A stretch of 64,000 nt of DNA, from the NCBI GenBank assembly GCA_963697965.1, contig OY969108.1, positions 1,055,997 to 1,119,996 of the forward strand, given 5' to 3'. The DNA is from an uncultured delta proteobacterium. GTDB lineage: Bacteria > Desulfobacterota > Desulfobaccia > Desulfobaccales > 0-14-0-80-60-11. The position numbers and the translations under genes were made by a program. Below, piece by piece: positions 53,107 to 61,221 of the stretch (positions are counted from its first letter, which is position 1; each line of letters opens with the position of its first letter). The notes beneath the pieces are model-generated. The model saw nothing but the letters and a program-made list of their open reading frames with translations. It ran no database searches and was not told the origin of the DNA.

Positions 53107-55487
53107 CAAATCCAGAAAAACTCGAAGCGATACTGTCTCATTATCAAGGAGGGTCCGCGGACCTGATTCCGGTGCTCCAGGACATTCAAGGGGCCTATAA
53201 TTATCTGCCCATGGAGATGTTGAAGTCGGTGGCCCAGAGGCTTAGGGTGCCTTTGACCCAGATCTACAGCGTGGCCACCTTCTACAATATGTTTTCCCTG
53301 GTTCCCAAGGGGCGCCACCAGCTCAGGGTCTGCCTGGGAACGGCCTGTCACCTCAAGGGCGGCTCCAGTCTGGTGCGGGGGCTGGAAAGGGATCTCAAGA
53401 TCAGCGTGGGCCAGACCACCGAGGACCAGCTCTTCACTCTGGAAACCGTTAATTGCCTCGGGGCTTGCGCCCTGGCCCCTCTGGTGGCCGTCGGCGCTGA
53501 ATATCACCCCCATGCCTCCACCCGCGAGCTCTCCCGGGTGGTCAAGCAGTTGCGGAAAGCCGCCGAAGAAGAACCGGAAGAAAAAGTGAAGGCGGAGGAA
53601 CCGGTGGCCGCCAAGACCGAAGGGCTCCCCCGGATCCAATCAGCCCAGGATTTGCATGCCTTCCGGGACCAGATTCTGTCCCAACGCGATCCCAACCAGC
53701 CCGTGGTCATCGTCTGCCACGGCACCGGCTGCCTGGCCAACAACAGCCCCGCAGTGGCTGAGGCCCTGCGCGGGGCCATCAAGGCCGCCAAGATCACGGC
53801 TAAGGTGGTGCCGCAGATCAAGACCACCGGTTGCCACGGCTTCTGTTCCCGGGCTCCGGTAGTGGTGGTCCAGCCCGCAGGCTTTTTTTACCAAAACGTC
53901 GCTCCGGACGATGCGGCCGAAATCGTGGCGACCACGCTCATGGAAGGGAAACCGGTGGACCGTCTCCTGGCGGTGGATTACCAGACCGGCGAACACGTGC
54001 CCCTCGAGAAGGACATCCCCTTTTACAAGCACCAGACGCGCATCGTGCTGAGCAACATCGGCAAGATCGACCCCACCGACGTCCACGACACCATCGCTGT
54101 CAACGGCTACCAGGCTGCGGTCAAGGCCATCACCACCCAGACCCCGGATGAGATCATTGATGCCGTGGAGGCCTCCGGGCTTCGAGGCCGCGGCGGCGGG
54201 GGCTTCCCCACCGGAAGGAAATGGCGTATTTGCCGGGGTGTCCCCGGAGATCAGAAATGCATTATCTGCAACGGTGATGAAGGCGATCCCGGAGCCTTCA
54301 TGGACCGGAGCATCATGGAGGGCGATCCCCACCGGGTGTTGGAGGGGATGATCATCGGCGCCTACGCCATCGGCGCCAGCGAGGCTCGCATCTATGTGCG
54401 CTCCGAGTATCCCCTGGCCGTCAAGCATCTGGGCATCGCCATAGAGCAGGCCCGGGCCATGGGCCTCCTGGGGAAAAACATCCTGGGCAAGGGTTTCGAT
54501 TTTGACATTAAGATCAGCAAGGGGGGCGGCGCCTTTGTCTGCGGCGAAGAGACTGCTCTCATCCGTTCGGTGGAGGGCGATATCGGTGAGCCGGTGCCCC
54601 GGCCCCCCTATCCGGCCCAACACGGTCTCTGGGACAAGCCTACGGTGATCAACAACGTGGAAACCTGGGCCACCATCCCGGAAATCATCAACCGGGGGGC
54701 GGATTGGCTGGCCGCCATCGGCACCGAAAAGAGCAAGGGCACCAAGGTCTTCTCCCTGGTGGGCGCGGTGAACCATACCGGGCTGGTGGAAGTGGCCATG
54801 GGCACCACCCTGCGCCAGGTTATCTACGACATGGGGGGCGGCATCGCCGGGAACCGCGACTTTAAAGCGGTCCAGATCGGCGGCCCCTCGGGGGGCTGCA
54901 TCCCGGCTCAGTATCTCGACCTGCCGGTGGACTACGACAGCCTGCAGTCCGTGGGCTCCATGATGGGTTCCGGCGGCATGATCGTCATGGATACCGCCAC
55001 TTGCATGGTGGACGTGGCCCGCTATTTCATGTCCTTCTGTCATGAAGAGTCCTGCGGCAAGTGCACCCCCTGCCGGGAAGGAACCAAGCAAATATTGGAG
55101 ATCCTTACCGAAATCACCCAAGGCCGTGGCACCCCGGAGCATCTGTCCCTGATGGAGGAACTGTGCGTCATCATGGACTCCGCCTCTCTCTGCGGTCTGG
55201 GCCAAAGCGCCGCCAAACCGATCCTCTCCACCCTGAAATATTTCCGGGAGGAATACGAGGCTCACGTCCGGGATAAGAAATGCCACGCCCTGGTGTGCCG
55301 GGCCTTGCTGAAATACACCATCGATCCGGAGACCTGCACCGGTTGCCTGGCCTGTGTGCGGGAGTGCCCGGCGGAGGCGATCCGGGGCGAAGCGGGCGAA
55401 CCCCAGGAACTGGACCAGGAACTCTGTGTCAAATGCGGCCGCTGTTATGAAATCTGCAAATTCGCAGCGGTTAAGGTAGAGTCATGA
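53103..55487 (+). CDS. fused NuoE-like / thioredoxin-like 2Fe-2S / NuoF-like flavoprotein with C-terminal 2x 4Fe-4S ferredoxin (HydB/HndC, Bfu-B/C-like)
   Basis: The start shows an ATGA overlap. It has NuoE Cys pairs (CLGTAC, CLGAC) and a second 2Fe-2S domain (CHGTGC...CHGFC). It also has an FMN/NADH site GRGGGGFPTGRKW and CNGDEGDPGAFMDR, the N3 cluster motif ESCGKCTPCREG, and CTGCLACVRECP / CVKCGRCYEIC. Confidence 0.92.
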   Translation: MTNPEKLEAILSHYQGGSADLIPVLQDIQGAYNYLPMEMLKSVAQRLRVPLTQIYSVATFYNMFSLVPKGRHQLRVCLGTACHLKGGSSLVRGLERDLKISVGQTTEDQLFTLETVNCLGACALAPLVAVGAEYHPHASTRELSRVVKQLRKAAEEEPEEKVKAEEPVAAKTEGLPRIQSAQDLHAFRDQILSQRDPNQPVVIVCHGTGCLANNSPAVAEALRGAIKAAKITAKVVPQIKTTGCHGFCSRAPVVVVQPAGFFYQNVAPDDAAEIVATTLMEGKPVDRLLAVDYQTGEHVPLEKDIPFYKHQTRIVLSNIGKIDPTDVHDTIAVNGYQAAVKAITTQTPDEIIDAVEASGLRGRGGGGFPTGRKWRICRGVPGDQKCIICNGDEGDPGAFMDRSIMEGDPHRVLEGMIIGAYAIGASEARIYVRSEYPLAVKHLGIAIEQARAMGLLGKNILGKGFDFDIKISKGGGAFVCGEETALIRSVEGDIGEPVPRPPYPAQHGLWDKPTVINNVETWATIPEIINRGADWLAAIGTEKSKGTKVFSLVGAVNHTGLVEVAMGTTLRQVIYDMGGGIAGNRDFKAVQIGGPSGGCIPAQYLDLPVDYDSLQSVGSMMGSGGMIVMDTATCMVDVARYFMSFCHEESCGKCTPCREGTKQILEILTEITQGRGTPEHLSLMEELCVIMDSASLCGLGQSAAKPILSTLKYFREEYEAHVRDKKCHALVCRALLKYTIDPETCTGCLACVRECPAEAIRGEAGEPQELDQELCVKCGRCYEICKFAAVKVES

Positions 55488-56206
55488 CCAGCGATTATGT
55501 GAATCTGACCATCGACGGCCAAACGGTGCAAGCGCAGCCCGGCCTGACCCTGTTGCTGGCGGCCCGGGAGCAGGGGATCGATATTCCCACCCTCTGTCAC
55601 CATGACGATCTCAAGCCCGAAGGCCATTGCCGCCTGTGCGTGGTGGAAATCGGCGAACCGGGCCGTACCCGCCTGGTGAACTCCTGCACCTATCCGGCGG
55701 AGCCGGGACTCACCGTGCAAACCGCCTCGGAGAACGTGCTTAAGGCCCGGCGTATGGTGCTGGAGTTGCTATTGGCCCAAGCGCCGGCGGCCGAGATTAT
55801 CCAGAAGATGGCCGCCGAGCACGGCGTCTACGAGACCCGCTTCAAAAAGGCGGATCCCCAGGCCCGCTGCATCCTCTGTGGCCAGTGCGTCCGCACCTGC
55901 CGGGAAGTGGTGGGGGTGAGCGCCATTTCCATGGTCTTCCGCACCCCGAAGAAAGTAGTTGCCACGCCCTTTAAGGAAGAATCCGCGGCCTGCATCGGCT
56001 GCGGCTCCTGCGTCTTCGTCTGCCCCACCAACGTCATCCCTTATACCGAGAAGGACGGCATCCGCACCGTCTGGGGCCGCCATTTCGAACTGCAACCCTG
56101 TAAGGTGTGCGGCAACTACATCGCCCCCAAGGCGCAACTGGAACACTGGGCCAAGATCACCGGCGATCCGCTGGAAAGCTTTTTTGTCTGCCGGGATTGT
56201 AGATAG
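55484..56206 (+). CDS. NuoG/HydA N-terminal-like Fe-S protein (2Fe-2S plus 4Fe-4S clusters) lacking any catalytic domain
   Basis: The start shows an ATGA overlap. It has CHHDDLKPEGHCRLCVVEI...NSC, CILCGQCVRTC and CIGCGSCVFVCP. At 240 aa it ends where the H-cluster or Mo domain would begin. Confidence 0.88.
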   Translation: MTSDYVNLTIDGQTVQAQPGLTLLLAAREQGIDIPTLCHHDDLKPEGHCRLCVVEIGEPGRTRLVNSCTYPAEPGLTVQTASENVLKARRMVLELLLAQAPAAEIIQKMAAEHGVYETRFKKADPQARCILCGQCVRTCREVVGVSAISMVFRTPKKVVATPFKEESAACIGCGSCVFVCPTNVIPYTEKDGIRTVWGRHFELQPCKVCGNYIAPKAQLEHWAKITGDPLESFFVCRDCR

Positions 56207-56272
56207 AAATGATTTGGGGGAAGGCCGGGGAATTCTTTCCCCCCAACCCCCTCATAAATAGGAAAAAATTTA

Positions 56273-56301
56273 GGGGCACGGCTTGCCGTGCCCCTTTTTT
56301 T
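56273..56301. terminator. bidirectional rho-independent terminator
   Basis: GGGGCACGGC-TT-GCCGTGCCCC is followed by TTTTTTT on the plus strand and preceded by AAAAAATTT, which gives a T-run on the minus strand. It lies between the convergent OFOR operon and pdxA. Confidence 0.85.
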
Positions 56302-56384
56302 AACACCCGCCCCAGGTTTTTGGTCAGGGCCTTTCCTGGGTGGGGAGGCCAGCTTAACTCCTAAGCGCTTCGCCCACTCCGGGG

Positions 56385-57422
56385 TTAACCCTGCTCCCCC
56401 AATCTCCTGTTGGCCATCCCGGCTGCCATTTTAATGGCGGCCTTGAGGCTGTCGGGGGCCGCCTGGCCGGTGCCTGCCAGGCCGTAGGCGGTGCCGTGGT
56501 CCACCGAGGTGCGGATGATGGGGAGACCCAGGGTGACGTTCACCCCGTCCAGGAAATGGAGAAGCTTCAAGGGAATGAGGCCCTGGTCGTGGTACATGCA
56601 AACCACCGCGGCGAACTCCCCCTGGCGGTGGCGCCAGAACAGGGTGTCGGCCGGGAAAGGGCCGGTGACCGGCAAGCCCGCGGCCTGGGCCTTCTTAATC
56701 GCGGGGGAGATGATCTCCTCTTCTTCGCGGCCGAACAGGCCGCCCTCGCCGGCGTGGGGGTTGAGGGCCGCCACCGCCAGGGGCGCGGCCGTGAGGCCGA
56801 AATCCCGGGCCAGGGCCTTGCAGGTGAGGGCGAAGAGGCGGTAGAGGCCATCGATGTTCAGGCGCCGGGGCACCTCGGCCAGGGCGCAGTGGATGGTGGC
56901 CAGAACGACCCGGAATTCTCCACCGGCCAGCATCATGGCCACCCCGGCGGCGCCGGTCTTGTCCGCCAGCAGCTCGGTGTGCCCAGGATAGGGGTATCCA
57001 GACAGATTCATGGAGAGCTTGCTGATGGGCGCGGTGACCAGCCCGGCTACCCGCTGGTCCAGGGCCAGCTCGATGGCCCGCAAGATATACGAGACCATGG
57101 CTCGGCCGCTGTCCGGAGTGGGATGGCCGAACTTCAGATCCCTGGGCGGCAGTTGGGACAGCACCATGAGGTCCAGGGTTCCAGCCTTATAGCGGCCTGC
57201 CTCTGGCCGCTCCGCCAGGTGAATGGCCAGGGCCGGGGAAAGCGAAAGGACGGCCCGCTCCAGGGCTGGATAGTCCCCCAGCACCAGGGGCCGGCAGAGC
57301 TGGTAGATGCTGGCGTCGGCCAGGGCCTTGACGATGATCTCCGGCCCTACTCCCACCGGATCTCCCATGCTCAGGGCCAATATGGGGCGCTGTTTTTCAG
57401 AAATGGCTTGGGCTCCAGTCAT
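56385..57422 (-). CDS. pdxA: 4-hydroxythreonine-4-phosphate dehydrogenase
   Basis: GDPVGVGPEI, YPGHTELLA, MYHDQGLIPLK and IIRTSVDHGTA support the call. Confidence 0.93.
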   Translation of the reverse strand: MTGAQAISEKQRPILALSMGDPVGVGPEIIVKALADASIYQLCRPLVLGDYPALERAVLSLSPALAIHLAERPEAGRYKAGTLDLMVLSQLPPRDLKFGHPTPDSGRAMVSYILRAIELALDQRVAGLVTAPISKLSMNLSGYPYPGHTELLADKTGAAGVAMMLAGGEFRVVLATIHCALAEVPRRLNIDGLYRLFALTCKALARDFGLTAAPLAVAALNPHAGEGGLFGREEEEIISPAIKKAQAAGLPVTGPFPADTLFWRHRQGEFAAVVCMYHDQGLIPLKLLHFLDGVNVTLGLPIIRTSVDHGTAYGLAGTGQAAPDSLKAAIKMAAGMANRRLGEQG

Positions 57423-57982
57423 CGGCCAGGACCACAGGGCTGGGAACGGCGCAGGTGCTCCTGAAAATTGGCTTCATAGCGGGCCGCCAGAGATGGGTCC
57501 CGAATCACCAGCAGATTTTCGGCGTTGTACTCTTCGGCGCTGCGGGTGAAGTTGAAGGACCCGGTAATCACCGTCTCCCCGTCAATGATTATAATTTTAT
57601 TGTGGGCGATTTGGTAGGCCGCGTCAATCCAGGTGGGCACCCCGGCCGCCAGCAGGGAGTGCAAAACGGAAAATTTGTCCCTCGCCTCCCCCGCGTCCAT
57701 GATGACCGCCACCTTAACTCCCCGGTTCTGGGCCGCGATGACCGCCTTGAGTATGGGCTGCGAGGTAAAGATATAGGCCTCAATGTGGAGAGAGCTGCGG
57801 GCCTGGCCCACCGCGGCGACGACGGCCTCGGTGCAGCCACCCTGAGGGGAAAAATAGACCGCCCAGCGCGGCTGGGCCGCAGCCTCAACCGCAGGGGCCG
57901 CCAGGGCCGGGGCCGGGGCCGCCAGGCACCACCACAGCGCCAGCGCTAGTCCGAGCGCTCTATTTATCTTCCTCAATCTCAT
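57419..57982 (-). CDS. secreted phospholipase D / Nuc-like endonuclease family protein
   Basis: It has a signal peptide (ALALWWCLAAPAPALA), a single HKD motif HNKIIIIDGETVITGSFNFT, and a 4-nt overlap with pdxA. Confidence 0.85.
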   Translation of the reverse strand: MRLRKINRALGLALALWWCLAAPAPALAAPAVEAAAQPRWAVYFSPQGGCTEAVVAAVGQARSSLHIEAYIFTSQPILKAVIAAQNRGVKVAVIMDAGEARDKFSVLHSLLAAGVPTWIDAAYQIAHNKIIIIDGETVITGSFNFTRSAEEYNAENLLVIRDPSLAARYEANFQEHLRRSQPCGPGR

Positions 57983-58143
57983 AAGTTATCCCCGCCTTCA
58001 GGTTGTCCGCCCACGAGTTAGGCGGATTGGAAGGGCAGTCAGGGCTGAGGAATCCCCCCCCGCACTTTTTCCATGCACTTTCCGGGGGATATGTGCCAAA
58101 ATAGGTTCCAATGAAACTATGACGTGGGATAGGGGCTTTGTCA

Positions 58144-58971
58144 ATGGCAGAGACGGGAAGCGGACGACTTAAGGGAGTGAAACTTGGGTTTATCGGCGCC
58201 GGGGCCATGGGCGGCGCCATTATCCAGGGACTCTTGGTGAATGGCCTGGTAGCCGGGAAGAACCTGGTCTATTACGACCCGGACCGGACCCGGCAGACGC
58301 AGATGGACCAGTTGGGGGTGCAGGCCGCAACGGCCCCGGCCGCGGTGATGGAGGCCCAGGTGGTGCTCCTGGCGGTCAAGCCCCAGGTAATGGGCCAGGT
58401 GCTGGCAGGGATCCGGGAAGCCGCCCGTCCCGACCATCTCATCATCTCCATCGCCGCCGGGGTGACCCTGAAGACGCTGGAAACCGCCCTGCCCCAGTCC
58501 CGGGTGATCCGGGCCATGCCCAATACCCCCACCCTGGCGGGGGTCGGCATGGCGGCCCTGGCCCCGGGGGGCCGGGCCACGCCCTTAGACCTGGCCCTGG
58601 CCCTGGAGATCTTCGAGGCCGTGGGCCGGGCCGTGGTGGTGGAAGAGAAGCTGATGGACGCGGTCACCGGCCTGAGCGGCAGCGGCCCGGCTTACGTGGC
58701 CGTGTTCCTGGAGGCCCTGACGGACGGCGGCGTCAAAATGGGCCTGCCGCGGCCCCTGGCTCTGCTCCTGGCCAGCCAGACCGTCATCGGCGCCGCCCGC
58801 CTCTGCCTGGAAAAGGAGATCACCCCCGGGACGCTGAAAGACCTGGTGACCTCTCCGGGAGGCACCACCATCGCCGGGCTCCACGTCCTGGAAGAGGGCC
58901 GCTTTCGGGGCCTGGTGATGAGCGCCGTGGAAGCCGCGGCCCGCCGATCCCGGGAGTTGGGGAAGGAGTGA
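58144..58971 (+). CDS. proC: pyrroline-5-carboxylate reductase
   Basis: FIGAGAMGGAII, MPNTP and SPGGTT support the call. The start could be TTG 58138 or ATG 58144. Confidence 0.93.
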   Translation: MAETGSGRLKGVKLGFIGAGAMGGAIIQGLLVNGLVAGKNLVYYDPDRTRQTQMDQLGVQAATAPAAVMEAQVVLLAVKPQVMGQVLAGIREAARPDHLIISIAAGVTLKTLETALPQSRVIRAMPNTPTLAGVGMAALAPGGRATPLDLALALEIFEAVGRAVVVEEKLMDAVTGLSGSGPAYVAVFLEALTDGGVKMGLPRPLALLLASQTVIGAARLCLEKEITPGTLKDLVTSPGGTTIAGLHVLEEGRFRGLVMSAVEAAARRSRELGKE

Positions 58972-59019
58972 AGTAGATTTATCTAGTGACGAAAATCAGG
59001 GGTTCATTATGGGCTCTGG

Positions 59020-59334
59020 CTACAGATGCAGATCGTTACCCATTTTGGCTTTGACGGGATGCTCAGGGATTTTATTCAGCGCCTCGCCTATCTCCTGCAC
59101 CGCCAGCCGCAGCTCGTAATTTTTTTGCAGGTTCATCCAGATATCCGGCCCCGTACCGAACCAGCGGCCCAGGCGCAAGGCCGTATCTCCCGAGATTCCA
59201 CGCCTCCCCCGGATGATCTCGGTGAGCCGGTTTGTCGGCACCCCCAATGCTTTCGCCAGTTCGTTGGCGCTCATGCCCAGCGCTTTTAGCTCGTCAGCCA
59301 GGTGTTCCCCTGGATGGATAAGAAGCCGCGCCAT
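59020..59334 (-). CDS. higA: HigA-family antitoxin (XRE HTH)
   Basis: IHPGEHLADELKALGMSANELAKALGVPTNRLTEIIRGRRGISGDTALRLGRWFGT supports the call. Confidence 0.9.
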   Translation of the reverse strand: MARLLIHPGEHLADELKALGMSANELAKALGVPTNRLTEIIRGRRGISGDTALRLGRWFGTGPDIWMNLQKNYELRLAVQEIGEALNKIPEHPVKAKMGNDLHL

Positions 59335-59344
59335 AAGTCACCTC

Positions 59345-59626
59345 CTAATGGTAATCCACGATTTCCACGTTAAACGGCCCCGGAGAGCCTTCCGGCCATT
59401 CAAAGCATATTCGCCATTGGTCGTTGATCCGGATGCCATATTGGCCTTGGCGATCCCCTTTCAGCCTTTCAAGCCGGTTCCCGGGCGTGTTCAGCGCCAG
59501 CAGGCGGTCGGCAGCGTGGAGGCGGTCGAGCCGCAACATAGCTTGCTGCTCGAACCCCTGGAAAGCCTTAACCCGGTCGCCCTCGAAAAAGGCCCGGGTC
59601 CGCTTGTCGCGGAAACTTAAAATCAT
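59345..59626 (-). CDS. higB: HigB-type toxin (plasmid maintenance killer, RelE/ParE superfamily)
   Basis: LERLKGDRQGQYGIRINDQWRICFEW is the family signature. It lies 10 nt upstream of higA. Confidence 0.88.
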   Translation of the reverse strand: MILSFRDKRTRAFFEGDRVKAFQGFEQQAMLRLDRLHAADRLLALNTPGNRLERLKGDRQGQYGIRINDQWRICFEWPEGSPGPFNVEIVDYH

Positions 59627-59654
59627 ACCAAGTTACCGTCAAAAGGAGATTTTT

Positions 59655-59684
59655 GTAGGGCCGGACCCCTGTGTTCGCCCCTGC
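59655..59684 (+). repeat. REP-like element, GTAGGG head plus imperfect palindrome
   Basis: It reads GTAGGGCCGGACCCCTGTGTTCGCCCCTGC. The arms AGGGCCGGAC and GTTCGCCCCT pair at 8 of 10 positions. Confidence 0.45.
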
Positions 59685-59878
59685 GGAGGATATTTCTAGC
59701 TCTTTGACTGCAACCTGGCACCGGTCATTACCCTGGCTGATGTATGCTATACGTTTAACATAAAACGTCAAGGCTTTTTCGCCGGGATGATGATTTCTAG
59801 GGCCGGGGGGGTGGGTGTTTGGGAGAGGGGGCAGGGGCCACTTACAAAAAGCCCCTGGCTCCCTCCCCCAAGAAATGC

Positions 59879-60733
59879 TCATTTCCAAGTCTTTATCAAC
59901 CGCAGATGGATATCCGCGGCGGGGGCGCTGTGGGTGAGCTGGCCCATGGAGATGAGGTTGACTCCGGTGGCGGCCACCCGGGGCAGGCGTTCGGCGTTGA
60001 TGGAGCCTGAGGCCTCCAACAGGGCGCGGCCGGCGGCGATGGCCACGGCTTTTTTCATGGCAGCCTCATCCATATTATCGAGCATGATGACCTCGGCGCC
60101 GGCGGCCAGGGCTTCTTCCAGGCCCGCCAGGTCGCTGACTTCCACCTCAATCTTCAGGAGGTGGTGGGAGTGCTGGCGGGCCTGGTGCACCGCCTGGGTG
60201 AGGGAGGCTGCCGCGGCCAGGTGGTTGTTCTTGATGAGGACGCCGTCGTAGAGCCCGGCCCGGTGGTTGCGGGCGCCGCCCAGGCGCACCGCGTATTTCT
60301 CCAGGGCCCGCCAGCCCGGGGTAGTCTTGCGGGTGTCCACCAGGGTGGCGGCGGAGCCTTCAATCAGGCTCGCCATGCGCCGGGTGAAGGTGGCGATGCC
60401 CGAGAGGCGCTGGAGGAAGTTGAGGGCGGTGCGCTCGCCCGTAAGGATTCCGGCCACCGGGCCGCTCAAGCGTGCCAGTACCGTGCCTGCAGCAATTTCC
60501 CGCCCTTCTGCCACCTGCGGCTCAAAGGCGAGACTGGCATCCAACTTGCGAAAAACCCGGCCGGCCACCGGCAGGCCTGCCACCACCAGGTCCTGCCGGG
60601 CCCGCAGGTGGGCCTCACCCTGAAGATCCGGGGGGATCAAGGCCTGGGTGGTGACGTCGCCCGCTCCCAGATCTTCTTCCAGGGCCAGGTCGATGAGGCG
60701 GTCAACGAAGGGCCAGGCAGGGAAATTGGCCAT
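59879..60733 (-). CDS. nadC: nicotinate-nucleotide diphosphorylase (carboxylating)
   Basis: ALEEDLGAGDVTT, TRKTTPG, RNHR and DNM motifs are present. ATG 60733 is chosen because the longer ORF overlaps the OsmC gene. Confidence 0.92.
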   Translation of the reverse strand: MANFPAWPFVDRLIDLALEEDLGAGDVTTQALIPPDLQGEAHLRARQDLVVAGLPVAGRVFRKLDASLAFEPQVAEGREIAAGTVLARLSGPVAGILTGERTALNFLQRLSGIATFTRRMASLIEGSAATLVDTRKTTPGWRALEKYAVRLGGARNHRAGLYDGVLIKNNHLAAAASLTQAVHQARQHSHHLLKIEVEVSDLAGLEEALAAGAEVIMLDNMDEAAMKKAVAIAAGRALLEASGSINAERLPRVAATGVNLISMGQLTHSAPAADIHLRLIKTWK

Positions 60734-60776
60734 CAGTCCGAATCCTCGTAGGGGCGACCCGCCGGGTCGCCCTGCA

Positions 60777-61157
60777 TCATGGCGAGCTGCGGAAAGATAT
60801 TGGCTTTGCAAGCGCTTGACTAACCGCGCATAATTCCTCCATTTTCATCAACTTTTGCCGTTGCCCCGGGGTCAGATCACCCTTAAGTTCAATCGTATAT
60901 TCAAAGACCGTCTGCTTAGGATCGTCTCTATGAAGGGAGACATTTACCTTCGCCTCGGAGAGCGGGATTTGGTGTTTATCTGCGTACTTGCGGATGGTTA
61001 CATTGAGGCAACAGGCGAAAGCCGCCTCCAGGAGATCGACAGGACGAAAGCCGGCGCCGCTCCCTCCTTTATCAGGGGCCGTATCGCAGGCAGCCTCATT
61101 TTTGCCGTCGCCAAAGACCGTCACATACGGTATCTTGCTACTGACACTGACAATCAT
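60777..61157 (-). CDS. OsmC/Ohr-family peroxiredoxin-like protein
   Basis: It is about 126 aa, with GFRPVDLLEAAFACCLNVTI and a C-terminal LCAVSQAL Cys. Confidence 0.8.
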   Translation of the reverse strand: MIVSVSSKIPYVTVFGDGKNEAACDTAPDKGGSGAGFRPVDLLEAAFACCLNVTIRKYADKHQIPLSEAKVNVSLHRDDPKQTVFEYTIELKGDLTPGQRQKLMKMEELCAVSQALAKPISFRSSP

Positions 61158-61221
61158 TTTATCTTCCTCCCATCCAGCTTTTTAAGTTGTATCAGGTCAA
61201 AGAGGTAGGCCGCCCGTTATT

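Noticed and set aside
53640-55286. Very long antisense ORFs opposite recognised genes. Examples are 53640-55286 (548 aa), 62341-63924, 46532-48010, 34492-35913, 18491-19861, 37818-39008, 48355-49530, 6251-7177 and 11066-12103.
   Set aside because: These are typical shadow ORFs of high-GC DNA. Their translations are Arg/Gly/Pro/Ala/His-rich and low-complexity with no motifs. Each fully overlaps a gene with strong family signatures on the other strand.
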